DNA of 48,370 bases from Desulfonema limicola (GCA_020723255.1 DYJH01000001.1:14201-62570); one strand, 5' to 3'; counted from the first letter of the stretch, positions 37,945 to 47,949 are shown. A program made the numbers and translations. The notes: generated from the letters alone by a model not told the origin.

Positions 37945-39007
37945 TTGTAATTTTGATTGGTTTGCGAAAAAAAATTCTGAGTTTACTGGCGTTGACAAGA
38001 CAACTATCCCTAAAAAAAAGGATATTATTCCTGCTGAAATAAAAAAACTTAAAGATGAAATTGATAAAGAAACGAATTTTTTCTACGTAAAACGGAAGCT
38101 CATTTCATCTCTTTATTTTGGTAAAAAAATTGAAGAAGGGACACCTGCTGAAAAGTTTAAACGGACTGAGATACTTAATTTTGATACATTTAGTTCTCTT
38201 TTCGCACTCTTCACGAGTTCGGAAGCAAGAAATTCCGCAACACTCCCTTTATATTCTGTTTTCCTCCAATTCATATTTTCGTTAGCTACACCATATATTT
38301 CAAAGGATGACGAATCTTTTTACTGGCCCGAAAACTCGGTTAAGAAGGACAAGGTTTTCAAGGCACCTATGATATCCGGCAGTACGTGGAAAGGGAACCT
38401 TCGTTGGACGGCGGGAAAGCTGCTTGAGGCTGAATTAGATAATAGCGAAAGAGTAAAAAAAAGGCTTCAGATTATAAAACTTTTTGGCTCGGAAAACGCT
38501 TCTGAGAAAGCCTATTTTAATGGAATCATTCCGGAAAACGTGTTGAATGAGTTTAAAGATAAGCCTGAAAATAAGGACACTCTAAAAGGCAGATTAAATT
38601 TTTATCCGACGTTTTTTAAGGAGATATCTCTTGAAGCGATTAATCCGCATGACAGAAAAACGAAAGCCGGCACAATTCCGGTCTATATTGAAAGTGTTCC
38701 GGCTGATGCTGACGGCACATTCAGCCTGCTGTATGTGCCATTTGATCTGATGGGCCGGTCGAATGCAAGCATCGAGCAAGAGGCAAAGTCGGATATCCAT
38801 TTTATTGCCGAGACATTAGAAAAACTGATGTTGGAATATGGAATTTGCGCCAAAAAAAGCAGCGGATTCGGCATTGTTAATAAGAATTTTATCGTTAAAA
38901 ACGGCAACCCGGCGGGCCAGTTAAAGAGCAAGAACAAAGCGGTGCCTTTTGTAAATTTTAACGAAATGAAACAACAAATAGACGAGGTGTTTTCAATTGA
39001 TGAATGA
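37934..39007 (+). CDS. cmr6: Type III-C RAMP Cmr6
   Basis: LATPYISKDD, P...GSTWKGNLR, GRLNFYPTFF, INPHDR, G..AKKSSGFG. Confidence 0.85.
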   Translation: MNSNCNFDWFAKKNSEFTGVDKTTIPKKKDIIPAEIKKLKDEIDKETNFFYVKRKLISSLYFGKKIEEGTPAEKFKRTEILNFDTFSSLFALFTSSEARNSATLPLYSVFLQFIFSLATPYISKDDESFYWPENSVKKDKVFKAPMISGSTWKGNLRWTAGKLLEAELDNSERVKKRLQIIKLFGSENASEKAYFNGIIPENVLNEFKDKPENKDTLKGRLNFYPTFFKEISLEAINPHDRKTKAGTIPVYIESVPADADGTFSLLYVPFDLMGRSNASIEQEAKSDIHFIAETLEKLMLEYGICAKKSSGFGIVNKNFIVKNGNPAGQLKSKNKAVPFVNFNEMKQQIDEVFSIDE

Positions 39008-42000
39008 TCTACTAAAAAAATCCATAATATGGTGGGAAGATAACATAGGTAAACACCAGCATCAAATTCACTGGGCGGAAGCCGCCGCGCTTTTTCATGA
39101 TGTAGGAAAACTCAGTAAGGCGTTTCTGGAGTACCGGCATAAGTGGCGGCAAATGCCCAATGGCTGGGACGCTGACCCGCATGATCATCAATTTCTAAAA
39201 AAGGATGATCTATTAAGAAAAGGAACGTATAGCCATATAAAAAATTGGTATGAAAAGGAATTAACTATTGGTACTGAAAACGTTTCTATCCGAGATGTCA
39301 TTCATGGGCATATCGATCCTGACGATTATATGCAAAAAAAGCATGGCAAACCTTATAAAAGTATATTTTTAAATATGCTCAAGGCGGCTGACAAAAAAGA
39401 CGCATCTTTGGATCGGAACAACCCGCTTTTCTCATCAGATCAGTCTGATAAAGACAAACGGTTTTTTGATACCGATGTGTTCGGCGTTGAAAATACAACC
39501 ATAACACCGGATTGCCTCGAAAAACTGCGAAATTCGCTATATATGGCACTGGAGACCAATTTGCCTGATGGTGTGAATATTTTTTCTTACGAGGAACGAA
39601 GTAAATTCCTGGAAATAACCAAAGAGCATTTTGATTGGGCTTTTTCCGATACTACGCGCCCCAACAATGACACATCTCTTTGGGAGCATGCTTACGCTGT
39701 TGCAACCATGTTAAAAGTTATCTTCTGCCACCGGTTAATATTTGGTGAAGCCCTTGATAGTTTCAACAAAGTCCGGTTCGGCATCCTTGGCATCGGCTGG
39801 GACGGCTTGGCTTATATGAGCAAAGGGCATAAAATTAGAGATATCATTGGAAGGAAAGCCATAATAGATAAGTTGAAAGAAAAAATAAAAAAACAAACCG
39901 AGTGGCAGTATGCAATCGGAAATTTAATTTATGAGGATGACAACGGAATCTACTTTCTAATCCCTTCTATTCCGGGTGACATCGATCTGGAAAACACCGA
40001 TTTCGATAAACTGAGCGAATATGGATGCTTCTTGCAATTTCTCAAGCAAGAAATAATCAATACCTCTATTGAAGTCACCAACGGCGAGCTTTTCCCAAAA
40101 TTTCACCTTATCCCTGACACCCGGTTCATGACGCATCTGGTTAAATGCATTACGGAACTTGGAAAGAAAACAAAATATCCCTATATTACTCCCCCACAGG
40201 ATCTGTCGGACAAGCTGAACGAAGGCTGGGGCGATGTGAGAGAAACTGTTTGCCCTGTTTGTAGAACAAGCCCTGTTAAAAAAAAGGAATGGGATATCTG
40301 TTCTGGATGCCTTGATATTCGGAAAAACGCGAGTTCTTTCAAACTGAATGACAATTTGGGAACGCCTTTTATAAAGGAAATTACACTTGGGAATAAAAGC
40401 AAGGATGGCAAGATAATAAAAGCCGGGGGCCGCGTAGCTTTGATCGTTGCAAAAATGGGATTGAAACACTGGCTCAGCGGTGAAATGATTCGTAGCCTTT
40501 TTGTCAGCCAAGTGAAATCTCTTGAGAACGAACTGGAAGAACTTGGGAAAACAAAATATTTTGAAAAACAGGAAAATGAATTCAGGAGAAAGCTTGCATA
40601 TTCCCCGTCCGGCAACCTCATTGAAAAAGGATATGATTATCAAAGAATCAAGCATGAAATCGACCTTTGTTATAACTACGGCAGCCTCTCAAAAGACGAC
40701 AAGGAATATGCTAAACATATCTTGTTTCTGTATGGCCGAAGGATTGGGAGTAAAGACAAAAAGAGCGTCTTAAATCAGAATGTTGCTGGTACTGAGAAAG
40801 AATGGAACGATTTAAGAAATTCAGCAATAGAGGAGGACGGGCTTTCTGGCCGGTATAATAGTTTTTTGCTTTATAACCTGCTTTGCGCGAAAACGCCCAC
40901 GCCTTCGAGCATTTTTGATGTATGGCGTTCGACCGAGGATTTTTTCAAATCCCTGACAGAAATCGAAGCCGATACTGTTCTGGGAATAAAGAATCGGAAG
41001 CGAATCATGGCAGACATCCCAAAACCAGATAATTTAGAAGTTTATATCAACGCTGCCTATGAAGGAAAAATCGGTGATTTTCCGGTTGAGATTGTTTGGC
41101 TAGGAAAAAACGACATGAAAGCATGGATTATCGGTGACATCAAGAAAGACCAAATCGGAAGCAATGATACTATCGTATTAAACGGAAAGCCGTTTGGTCG
41201 TTCCGAGGAAATTAAAATAGCTGGAATCACAAAAGTGAATGACGAGAAAATCTATTTCCCCCTCCGTATCATTACCACCACGCCGGATGTTTTTATGGCT
41301 ATCGTTCCGGCAAGCAAAGCCCTCGATATAACGCAAAAGATTTATAGGGAATATTCTAAAAGGTTTGGGAAGGTGATAGGCCGCTTGCCGATCAGCATTG
41401 GAAACATATTTTTCAGTGAAAAGATGCCGATGTTTGTCGCCCTGGATGCCAGTCGGAGAATGCTTGATAATTTCGACAGACTCCATCACGAGCGTATAAA
41501 ATTTAGGGTCAGTAAAGATCATGATCCGCTCGACTTAACTATCGATGGTCTATGTGTATCAATGGATGAGGTTACAATCCCCGGAAATCAGCCTTACCTT
41601 TCTATAATCAAGTGGGAAATACCCAATCTCTTGGGTAATAACCAAATCGACTATTATCACCCGTATTTTTTTGTTGATAAAGACAGTAAAGACTACAAGT
41701 TTCGGAAGAGTTATTTCCAAACCGTCATGGGAGATGTGATCCACTGCAATGAAGTACAACCAGGCGATATTCTGGAAGTTTATCCTAATTATTACGACTA
41801 TGAATTTCTGGATTCAAATGCCCGGCGGCATGATATCAAGTTAGACAGTGGTCTCCGCAGGAAATCGAGCGTAGCTGATTTTAAATCAAAACCCTATCTG
41901 CTTGACGAACTGCCGCAGAAAATAGCAATGCTTTGGGATGCACTTAATAATGACCGTCATCTGAAAAATCTTACGGATACCACCCTGAGAAACCTGCAAA

Positions 42001-42224
42001 CCATGTGGCTGACAAAATATCAGGAGTGGCACGTCAGCCTTGATAAAAAGAGAGAAGAAGCTTACCGGCAATGGATAAGCATTGTAGAAACTGCGTTTAT
42101 TAACGAATTACCTGAAATTGATGAAAAACATCGTCGACTCATCAGGGAAATGATTGAAAACGGATTGTTTTTTGACACATTGGAACTTTACCTTGGAATC
42201 CTAAAAGAGAAAAGGGGGGAATGA
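39000..42224 (+). CDS. cas10: Type III-C Cas10 (Csx11-like): HD motif intact, Palm degenerate
   Basis: HDVGK, DTTRPNNDTSLWEH, CPVC..CSGC Zn finger, no GGDD; about 1075 aa between cmr6 and cmr4. Confidence 0.9.
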   Translation: MNDLLKKSIIWWEDNIGKHQHQIHWAEAAALFHDVGKLSKAFLEYRHKWRQMPNGWDADPHDHQFLKKDDLLRKGTYSHIKNWYEKELTIGTENVSIRDVIHGHIDPDDYMQKKHGKPYKSIFLNMLKAADKKDASLDRNNPLFSSDQSDKDKRFFDTDVFGVENTTITPDCLEKLRNSLYMALETNLPDGVNIFSYEERSKFLEITKEHFDWAFSDTTRPNNDTSLWEHAYAVATMLKVIFCHRLIFGEALDSFNKVRFGILGIGWDGLAYMSKGHKIRDIIGRKAIIDKLKEKIKKQTEWQYAIGNLIYEDDNGIYFLIPSIPGDIDLENTDFDKLSEYGCFLQFLKQEIINTSIEVTNGELFPKFHLIPDTRFMTHLVKCITELGKKTKYPYITPPQDLSDKLNEGWGDVRETVCPVCRTSPVKKKEWDICSGCLDIRKNASSFKLNDNLGTPFIKEITLGNKSKDGKIIKAGGRVALIVAKMGLKHWLSGEMIRSLFVSQVKSLENELEELGKTKYFEKQENEFRRKLAYSPSGNLIEKGYDYQRIKHEIDLCYNYGSLSKDDKEYAKHILFLYGRRIGSKDKKSVLNQNVAGTEKEWNDLRNSAIEEDGLSGRYNSFLLYNLLCAKTPTPSSIFDVWRSTEDFFKSLTEIEADTVLGIKNRKRIMADIPKPDNLEVYINAAYEGKIGDFPVEIVWLGKNDMKAWIIGDIKKDQIGSNDTIVLNGKPFGRSEEIKIAGITKVNDEKIYFPLRIITTTPDVFMAIVPASKALDITQKIYREYSKRFGKVIGRLPISIGNIFFSEKMPMFVALDASRRMLDNFDRLHHERIKFRVSKDHDPLDLTIDGLCVSMDEVTIPGNQPYLSIIKWEIPNLLGNNQIDYYHPYFFVDKDSKDYKFRKSYFQTVMGDVIHCNEVQPGDILEVYPNYYDYEFLDSNARRHDIKLDSGLRRKSSVADFKSKPYLLDELPQKIAMLWDALNNDRHLKNLTDTTLRNLQTMWLTKYQEWHVSLDKKREEAYRQWISIVETAFINELPEIDEKHRRLIREMIENGLFFDTLELYLGILKEKRGE

Positions 42225-42227
42225 ATA

Positions 42228-43238
42228 ATGACAGAAGCACCAGCAGAAACAGGACAAAAACCATTTGAACCAAGAACCTATTTTGCAATGGCGCTTGACC
42301 CGATCCATGTCGGAACAGGGGGTTACCGGCTAGGAAGAGTGGATAACACTATTGCCAGGGAACCGGGAACTAATGTTCCGAAAATTCCAGGTTCAAGTAT
42401 TTCCGGCGTCACCAGGACATATACGGCTATGGCGGTTCAAAGCAGTGATCCGGCTAATGAAAAAAAGATGAAATTTCAAACAATAAGAGAAAATGGGGTT
42501 GTTGATAGCTGCGCTGGAAAAGGCGCACGAGACGGTGAAGGCCATTGTGGTAAAGCATACTGCGAAGTGTGCGTTCCTTTTGGCTTTTCCAAAAAGAACA
42601 GCAGTATTCAGGGACTTGCCCAGTTTTTCGACGCCCGGATTCTTTTTTTCCCCGTCTATTCAATGCTTGGCCCAGTCTGGATAACCAGCCCGACGGTTTT
42701 GGCTTCTTTTGGCATCGAATGCAGCGTTGAACCGGAAAAATTTTCCGCCGTCACTTCGACTACAATCACCGCTTTGAATTTTGGGTGGCTGATGCTGGAG
42801 AAAGGAAGTGCTACACCGCTCGATCCCAATATTTTGGATCAATTAAAGTTGGAAGGACAGCCTGGATTTAACAGTATCCAACCAATTATAAAGGACAAAA
42901 TCTACATTCTTCCAGACAATCTGTTTTCACAAGTCATCAACGATAACCTTGAAGTCAGAACTTCCGTTGCCATAGATCCTGCAACTGGAGCGGCTGAATC
43001 TGGTGCGCTTTTTACCTATGAAGCCATTCCCAGGGCAACAATCATGTGGTTTGATGTGGTGTATAATGATCCAAAATATTTTAGAGTTGATAGTAATGAA
43101 ATTAAGAAAAACGATAAAGAGTTAGCAGATATTGATTGGCTGGAAACTAATGTTAAGCTTGGGCTGAAATTTATGGAATCATTGGGTGTAGGCGGAATGA
43201 ATACACGGGGAATGGGACGTCTGAAGGTGTTTATATAA
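42228..43238 (+). CDS. cmr4: RAMP backbone RNase Cmr4
   Basis: DPIHVGTG..VDN.I.RE..T..PKIPGSS, GALFTYEAIP, GVGGMNTRGMG. Confidence 0.93.
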   Translation: MTEAPAETGQKPFEPRTYFAMALDPIHVGTGGYRLGRVDNTIAREPGTNVPKIPGSSISGVTRTYTAMAVQSSDPANEKKMKFQTIRENGVVDSCAGKGARDGEGHCGKAYCEVCVPFGFSKKNSSIQGLAQFFDARILFFPVYSMLGPVWITSPTVLASFGIECSVEPEKFSAVTSTTITALNFGWLMLEKGSATPLDPNILDQLKLEGQPGFNSIQPIIKDKIYILPDNLFSQVINDNLEVRTSVAIDPATGAAESGALFTYEAIPRATIMWFDVVYNDPKYFRVDSNEIKKNDKELADIDWLETNVKLGLKFMESLGVGGMNTRGMGRLKVFI

Positions 43239-43247
43239 GGGGGGAAT

Positions 43248-43634
43248 ATGGAACAGATAGATATGAAATGTGCCGCTTGTGGCTATGCAATAGTCGAGGC
43301 TTGCAAGGATGATGCAGAAACCATAATAACCAAGTCTCTCGGAGTACTTCAGGAAGACGGTGTTTATGCTTTCTTCCTCTATTTAGACTCAAAAAAAAAG
43401 GACGGTAATGCTAAACAAATTTTTGATAAAGCAACAGATCTGCTCAGAAAGGATGCCCTTCTTAGCACAACAATGACAGAAAGAGAAACAGATATTCTGA
43501 AAGTAATTCGTGAAAAACTGGCAATAAAACTTGATATGCTTCTCTATGCCAAGGAAATTCTTGATCGCACTCTTGTATATGCCAGATACCATGCAAAAGC
43601 ACTCAACATCGAACCCGGCATCGGAGGTGAGTGA
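43248..43634 (+). CDS. cmr5: Small subunit Cmr5 (Cas11)
   Basis: Small helical protein, KSLGVLQEDGVYAFFLYL..RTLVYARYHAKA, after cmr4. Confidence 0.82.
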   Translation: MEQIDMKCAACGYAIVEACKDDAETIITKSLGVLQEDGVYAFFLYLDSKKKDGNAKQIFDKATDLLRKDALLSTTMTERETDILKVIREKLAIKLDMLLYAKEILDRTLVYARYHAKALNIEPGIGGE

Positions 43635-44563
43635 TGAAATGGAAGGCGCTACGGCTTGTTTACCAAGCCAAAAGCCCCATACATATAGGGTGGCATACAT
43701 TAGGTTATATTAAGCTGACCCGGCATTACATACCCGGAAGGACAATGTGGGGAGCGATTACGGCCAATATGACTAAGACTTACGGCAAAGAAGGCGTGGA
43801 TGATTATAATGTTTTTGGGGAAATTTTTAAAACAAAAATATTGACGAGTTATTTTTATCCCGCACTCAATCCGGATGCGCCACTACTGCCTTGTTATACG
43901 GAACAAGGCTTGATGTACGGTATGCGTGGTCACGACTGCCGGACAAAAGCGGATTTTGAAAAATGCTTCATTAACTCTTTCGGGCAAACTGCTGTTCTTC
44001 CGCAAAGCAATACGGCAGAGGACGAATCTCTTCATGAATCCGAATATATTTCACCAAATATAAACGAAGAAGGCGTTTGCAAACCCGTTTTTTTTACAGG
44101 TTATTTGTTTATTGGCGATGATGCGCAATTTAACGGTGAAAAGATCACTTGGAGCAACAGTGAAATTTCCTTAAAACCAGCGATAAAGGAACTTTTTGTT
44201 GGCGGTGATATGAAATATGGCTGGGGGCAACTAACTCTTTATAATAATCCAGCGTCCGAAGGGCATCATAAAAAAATATTCGGATATGACTTCACCGGGG
44301 AAAGCGGCGAGCCATACATCGAGATACCTCCTGATTTTCCTCTGCCTGCTCATCTTTCAATCGATTCAAAGATTGCCGCAAAGGGGGATATAGAGCCTCT
44401 TGTGGGCAGGGAATTCGGAACCGTGAAAGATTCAAATGGGGAAAAACAATGCGGGGCTGGGAGAAAAATTAGCTGTGCAAAACTGTGCTGGCTGCCCGGA
44501 TCTGTGATAACCGAAACAGTAAAGCGACCATTAATAATTTCTGAATTTGGTTTATTAGGCTAA
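43634..44563 (+). CDS. cmr3: Cas5-group RAMP Cmr3 (III-C)
   Basis: SPIHIG..TRHYIPGRTMWGA, VGGDMKYGWG; terminal position in the III-C gene order. Confidence 0.82.
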   Translation: MKWKALRLVYQAKSPIHIGWHTLGYIKLTRHYIPGRTMWGAITANMTKTYGKEGVDDYNVFGEIFKTKILTSYFYPALNPDAPLLPCYTEQGLMYGMRGHDCRTKADFEKCFINSFGQTAVLPQSNTAEDESLHESEYISPNINEEGVCKPVFFTGYLFIGDDAQFNGEKITWSNSEISLKPAIKELFVGGDMKYGWGQLTLYNNPASEGHHKKIFGYDFTGESGEPYIEIPPDFPLPAHLSIDSKIAAKGDIEPLVGREFGTVKDSNGEKQCGAGRKISCAKLCWLPGSVITETVKRPLIISEFGLLG

Positions 44564-44585
44564 CGCAAAAAAATCGGAGGCGGCT

Positions 44586-45329
44586 TTGAAGAATAAAAGT
44601 AATAATATTGAGTACTACAATATCCTTATATGGCAAATAGTCGTTAGCTTGATCACCGCTGTAATCCTTAGTATTTATGCGAAAAGCATTTTAGGAGGAA
44701 TTATTATTTGTGCATTAATATTAATACCATACCCAATAATTGCTTATTTTTTCAAAAAATATAAAAAACTGTCGGAGCTGAAAAAATCCGGCATAATCGG
44801 CTATTGTGAGAAATTCGATTCTAAAACGGACTGTGACATATTCAACAAAGAAAGTCTGGTAAAAGAGACATTCTGTTATTTTGGGGCAAGTACTAACACA
44901 ATCCTTGAACTATTAAAAGAATGGACGGCGTATAATCCAACGATAAGTGTTTTCAAATTTTTACTTATAAATCCGGAATCCAAAGAATTAAAAAAACAAA
45001 TTGCTTTTGAAAGGAACATCCCGGAATCAATGGTTGCCGATGAAGTTATCGAAACAGAAATAATTCGAATAGAGAGCGCCATAAAAGTCCTTAAAGATTT
45101 AAGGCCATATAAAGAAAGCAAAATGGAAATCAGGCTGTATTCCAACTTTGTTCCCTGTTGGTTTTATTTGATAGATGAGAGGACTATATATCTTGGTATA
45201 ATGGAAAAGGGAAAACGAAGCAATCAATCTGTAATTATAACAGAGAAGCTGAATGATAATTCCACCCTTTTTGATGTGTATAAAAACACATGGGATTGCA
45301 TTTGGTCTGATGCAACACCGGTGAATTAA
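44586..45329 (+). CDS. 2-TM membrane protein with an uncharacterised C-terminal domain (DUF5919/PLD-fold-like)
   Basis: TTG start with SD GGAGG; two N-terminal hydrophobic helices; FKFLLINPES, IRLY..P..FYLID..IY, F..Y...WD.IW pattern. Confidence 0.72.
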   Translation: MKNKSNNIEYYNILIWQIVVSLITAVILSIYAKSILGGIIICALILIPYPIIAYFFKKYKKLSELKKSGIIGYCEKFDSKTDCDIFNKESLVKETFCYFGASTNTILELLKEWTAYNPTISVFKFLLINPESKELKKQIAFERNIPESMVADEVIETEIIRIESAIKVLKDLRPYKESKMEIRLYSNFVPCWFYLIDERTIYLGIMEKGKRSNQSVIITEKLNDNSTLFDVYKNTWDCIWSDATPVN

Positions 45330-46253
45330 ATGTGGAATATATACTCCCTATCTCAGGCCTTTCAATCCGTCAAAGCCAACCACGGTTGTGCAGGCGTAGA
45401 TGGTGTATCCATCCAGCAGTTTGAGCACAACCTTAAAGGCAACTTATTTACGCTGAGTGAAGAGTTGAAAGAAGGGACGTATTCTCCCCTTCCTATGATG
45501 AAGATTCTGGTTGCAAAGAAAAATGGCGATCCGAGGGGGCTTTGCATTCCTGCTGTAAGAGATAGGATCGTACAAAGGGTGGTTCTTGACTTTATCGAAC
45601 CGGAGCTTGACAAGCAGTTTGAAGAATGTAGCTTTGCATACCGTAAGGGACGATCTGTTCGACAGGTAGTATATTTAATAACCAACCTTTACAAAGAAGG
45701 TTATCGATACGTAGTAGATGCAGACATTGATGCTTTTTTCGATAATGTAGATCACGACCTGTTAAAATCCAAGTTCAATAAAGTGATTTCAGACCCGTTT
45801 ATTCAGCATTTGATAGCACAGTGGATTGGAGGAGAAGTCTGGGATGGAACTGACTTGAAAATAATTACAAAGGGAATCCCTCAGGGCTCGGCTATTTCTC
45901 CTATACTGGCTAATCTTTTTCTGGATGAACTGGATGAGGCAATGCTTGCTCAAGGCTTTAAGTTTATCCGCTATGGTGATGATTACGTGGTTCTTTGCAA
46001 AACCAGGGAAAATGCAGTCCAGGCGCTTGATTTATCAAAAAAAGTATTGGAAAATCTTATGCTGAAGCTGGATGAAGAAATCATAACTACCTTCGATGAT
46101 GGTTTTAAGTATCTTGGTGTAGTTTTTTTGCGTAATATGGCAATGAAACCTTTTGAAGAGCAAACAAGAGAAAGAAAAGTTTTATTTTACCCCGAGCCGT
46201 TAGACCTTGAAGCTTACAATTTAAAAAAACGTTTTGACCGGATACGGTCTTAA
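45330..46253 (+). CDS. CRISPR-associated stand-alone reverse transcriptase (group II intron-like, no maturase or endonuclease)
   Basis: GCAGVDG, R.L.IPAVRDRIVQ, SFAYR.GRS, DADI.AFFD, GIPQGSAISP.LAN, RYGDD, F.YLG. Confidence 0.93.
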   Translation: MWNIYSLSQAFQSVKANHGCAGVDGVSIQQFEHNLKGNLFTLSEELKEGTYSPLPMMKILVAKKNGDPRGLCIPAVRDRIVQRVVLDFIEPELDKQFEECSFAYRKGRSVRQVVYLITNLYKEGYRYVVDADIDAFFDNVDHDLLKSKFNKVISDPFIQHLIAQWIGGEVWDGTDLKIITKGIPQGSAISPILANLFLDELDEAMLAQGFKFIRYGDDYVVLCKTRENAVQALDLSKKVLENLMLKLDEEIITTFDDGFKYLGVVFLRNMAMKPFEEQTRERKVLFYPEPLDLEAYNLKKRFDRIRS

Positions 46254-46282
46254 CCTATACGAATTTTCTTTACGGAAACGAT

Positions 46283-47284
46283 ATGGCAAACCTTTATCTG
46301 ACTGAACAAAACAGCATACTTCGAAAAACCGGTGACCGGCTTATTGTGGAAAAAGATGATGAAGTATTGCTTGATGTTCCTTGTCACAAAATTGAAGCTG
46401 TGCTGATTTTTGGCAATGTGCAGTTTACTACTCAGGCTGTGCATGAATTATTTGAGCACGGTATCGAAATGGCAATTCTCACCCGCACAGGAAAGCTGAT
46501 CGGGCAAATTACTTCTCCGGCGACAAAAAACATCACACTTCGTATCCGGCAATTCAGCAAATTTGAAGATGAGAGCTTCCGGCTGGAATTTGCCAAAACC
46601 ATTGTGGCTGCCAAGATTCAAAACGGATTAAACCTTATCCGTATCCATGCTTACAACCATCCTGAAACCGATTTTACAGGCGTTATCGATTCTCTGAGAA
46701 TAAAAATTGAAAGTGTTGAAGCTTCTTCAAGTTTAGGGCAGCTTCTTGGAATAGAGGGTTCGGCAGCAACGGTTTACTTTGATGCTTTTGGCAGAATGAT
46801 AAGAGGCGAATTCGGGTTTCCCGGAAGGAGAAAACGGCCGCCTACCGACCCGGTTAACGCTATGCTCTCTCTAAGTTATACAATGATTTTTAATGAAATT
46901 GCTTCTCTTATTGATGGGCTGGGGTTTGATCCCTATCTCGGTTTTTTTCACAGCCCTGATTACGGCAGGGCTTCGCTTGCGGCAGATCTGGAGGAAGAGT
47001 TCCGGGCTCCTGTGGCTGATCGTTTTGTCTTAAATCTTATCAACAACAAGGTATTTTGCCCCGATGATTTTCATGTAAACCCGGCGGGTGAAGGCGTTTA
47101 TTTCAACCGTGATGCGATGAAACGCTATTTTGCGGAATACGAGAAGTTTCTCAACCGGGAATTTGACCATAACGAAACCGGAACTAAAACAACTTTGAGA
47201 AAGTGCTTCCGGTTTCAGGCTGAGAAACTTGCAAGAGTTCTCCAGGATAATGGTTCTTACATACCTTTTTCCATGGAGAGTTAG
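46283..47284 (+). CDS. cas1: CRISPR integrase Cas1
   Basis: LLGIEG.AA..YF, R.KRPPTDPVNAMLS..Y, GFDPYLGFFH, SLAADL.EEFR. Confidence 0.96.
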   Translation: MANLYLTEQNSILRKTGDRLIVEKDDEVLLDVPCHKIEAVLIFGNVQFTTQAVHELFEHGIEMAILTRTGKLIGQITSPATKNITLRIRQFSKFEDESFRLEFAKTIVAAKIQNGLNLIRIHAYNHPETDFTGVIDSLRIKIESVEASSSLGQLLGIEGSAATVYFDAFGRMIRGEFGFPGRRKRPPTDPVNAMLSLSYTMIFNEIASLIDGLGFDPYLGFFHSPDYGRASLAADLEEEFRAPVADRFVLNLINNKVFCPDDFHVNPAGEGVYFNRDAMKRYFAEYEKFLNREFDHNETGTKTTLRKCFRFQAEKLARVLQDNGSYIPFSMES

Positions 47285-47286
47285 CC

Positions 47287-47562
47287 ATGTTTTATCTGGT
47301 ATCGTATGATATTCCCGACGACAGGCGACGTATCAGGCTGGCCAAAACGCTCAAGGATTATGGAGGGCGCGTTCAATACAGCGTGTTTGAATGCTTGCTT
47401 ACCCAGGAACTTTTTGATAAAATGATCGAACGAATTGAAGCTATTATATTAGAAGCTGAAGACAGCGTAAGAGTTTACGGTTTATGTGCCAATTGCGAGC
47501 AGGTGATCAAAGTTATCGGAACTGGTGAAGTTTCTCATGATGAGGATGTCTATATTTTATAA
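47287..47562 (+). CDS. cas2: CRISPR-associated Cas2
   Basis: YLVSYDIPDDRRR, RVQYSVFEC, DSVRVY.LC. Confidence 0.97.
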   Translation: MFYLVSYDIPDDRRRIRLAKTLKDYGGRVQYSVFECLLTQELFDKMIERIEAIILEAEDSVRVYGLCANCEQVIKVIGTGEVSHDEDVYIL

Positions 47563-47640
47563 AAAATAAGTGTAGGTGTCAGGTATTAGCGTGTTAACTT
47601 TTAAGTTTTCACGAATGCATCAAATGCGGAGGTCTGCATA

Positions 47641-47949
47641 ATGGGAGAAAAATTTCGCTTAAATATACAGAAAGAAAAATTGGCTCAATTTTGTGAGGTT
47701 TATCATATTCGGAAGCTTTCTCTGTTTGGATCTGCTCTTCGGGATGATTTCACTCCTGCAAGTGACATAGATATCCTTATAGAATTTGAGCCTGGATTCA
47801 AAATAGGTCTTCTTAAGATGGCGCAAATAGAAAACGAGCTTTCGGATATGCTGAAACGAAAAGTTGATTTACGCACACCAGGTGATTTGAGCCGTTATTT
47901 CAGACAGGAGGTGCTTGAAAACGCCGAGGTAGAGTATGCGAAAGGATGA
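47641..47949 (+). CDS. Minimal nucleotidyltransferase (MNT) antitoxin
   Basis: LFGSALRDDF...SDIDILIEF, RKVDL. Confidence 0.92.
   Translation: MGEKFRLNIQKEKLAQFCEVYHIRKLSLFGSALRDDFTPASDIDILIEFEPGFKIGLLKMAQIENELSDMLKRKVDLRTPGDLSRYFRQEVLENAEVEYAKG

Noticed and set aside
45330-46253. Group II intron, retron or DGR
   Set aside because: No maturase domain, no flanking non-coding room for intron or msr-msd RNA, and no TR/VR repeat pair seen; cas1 adjacency explains the RT.
46218-46285. RT-Cas1 fusion by -1 frameshift at T TTA AAA AAA
   Set aside because: The -1 (cas1) frame hits TGA at 46235-46237 just after the slippery site. An ancestral fusion cannot be excluded, but a programmed one is not supported.
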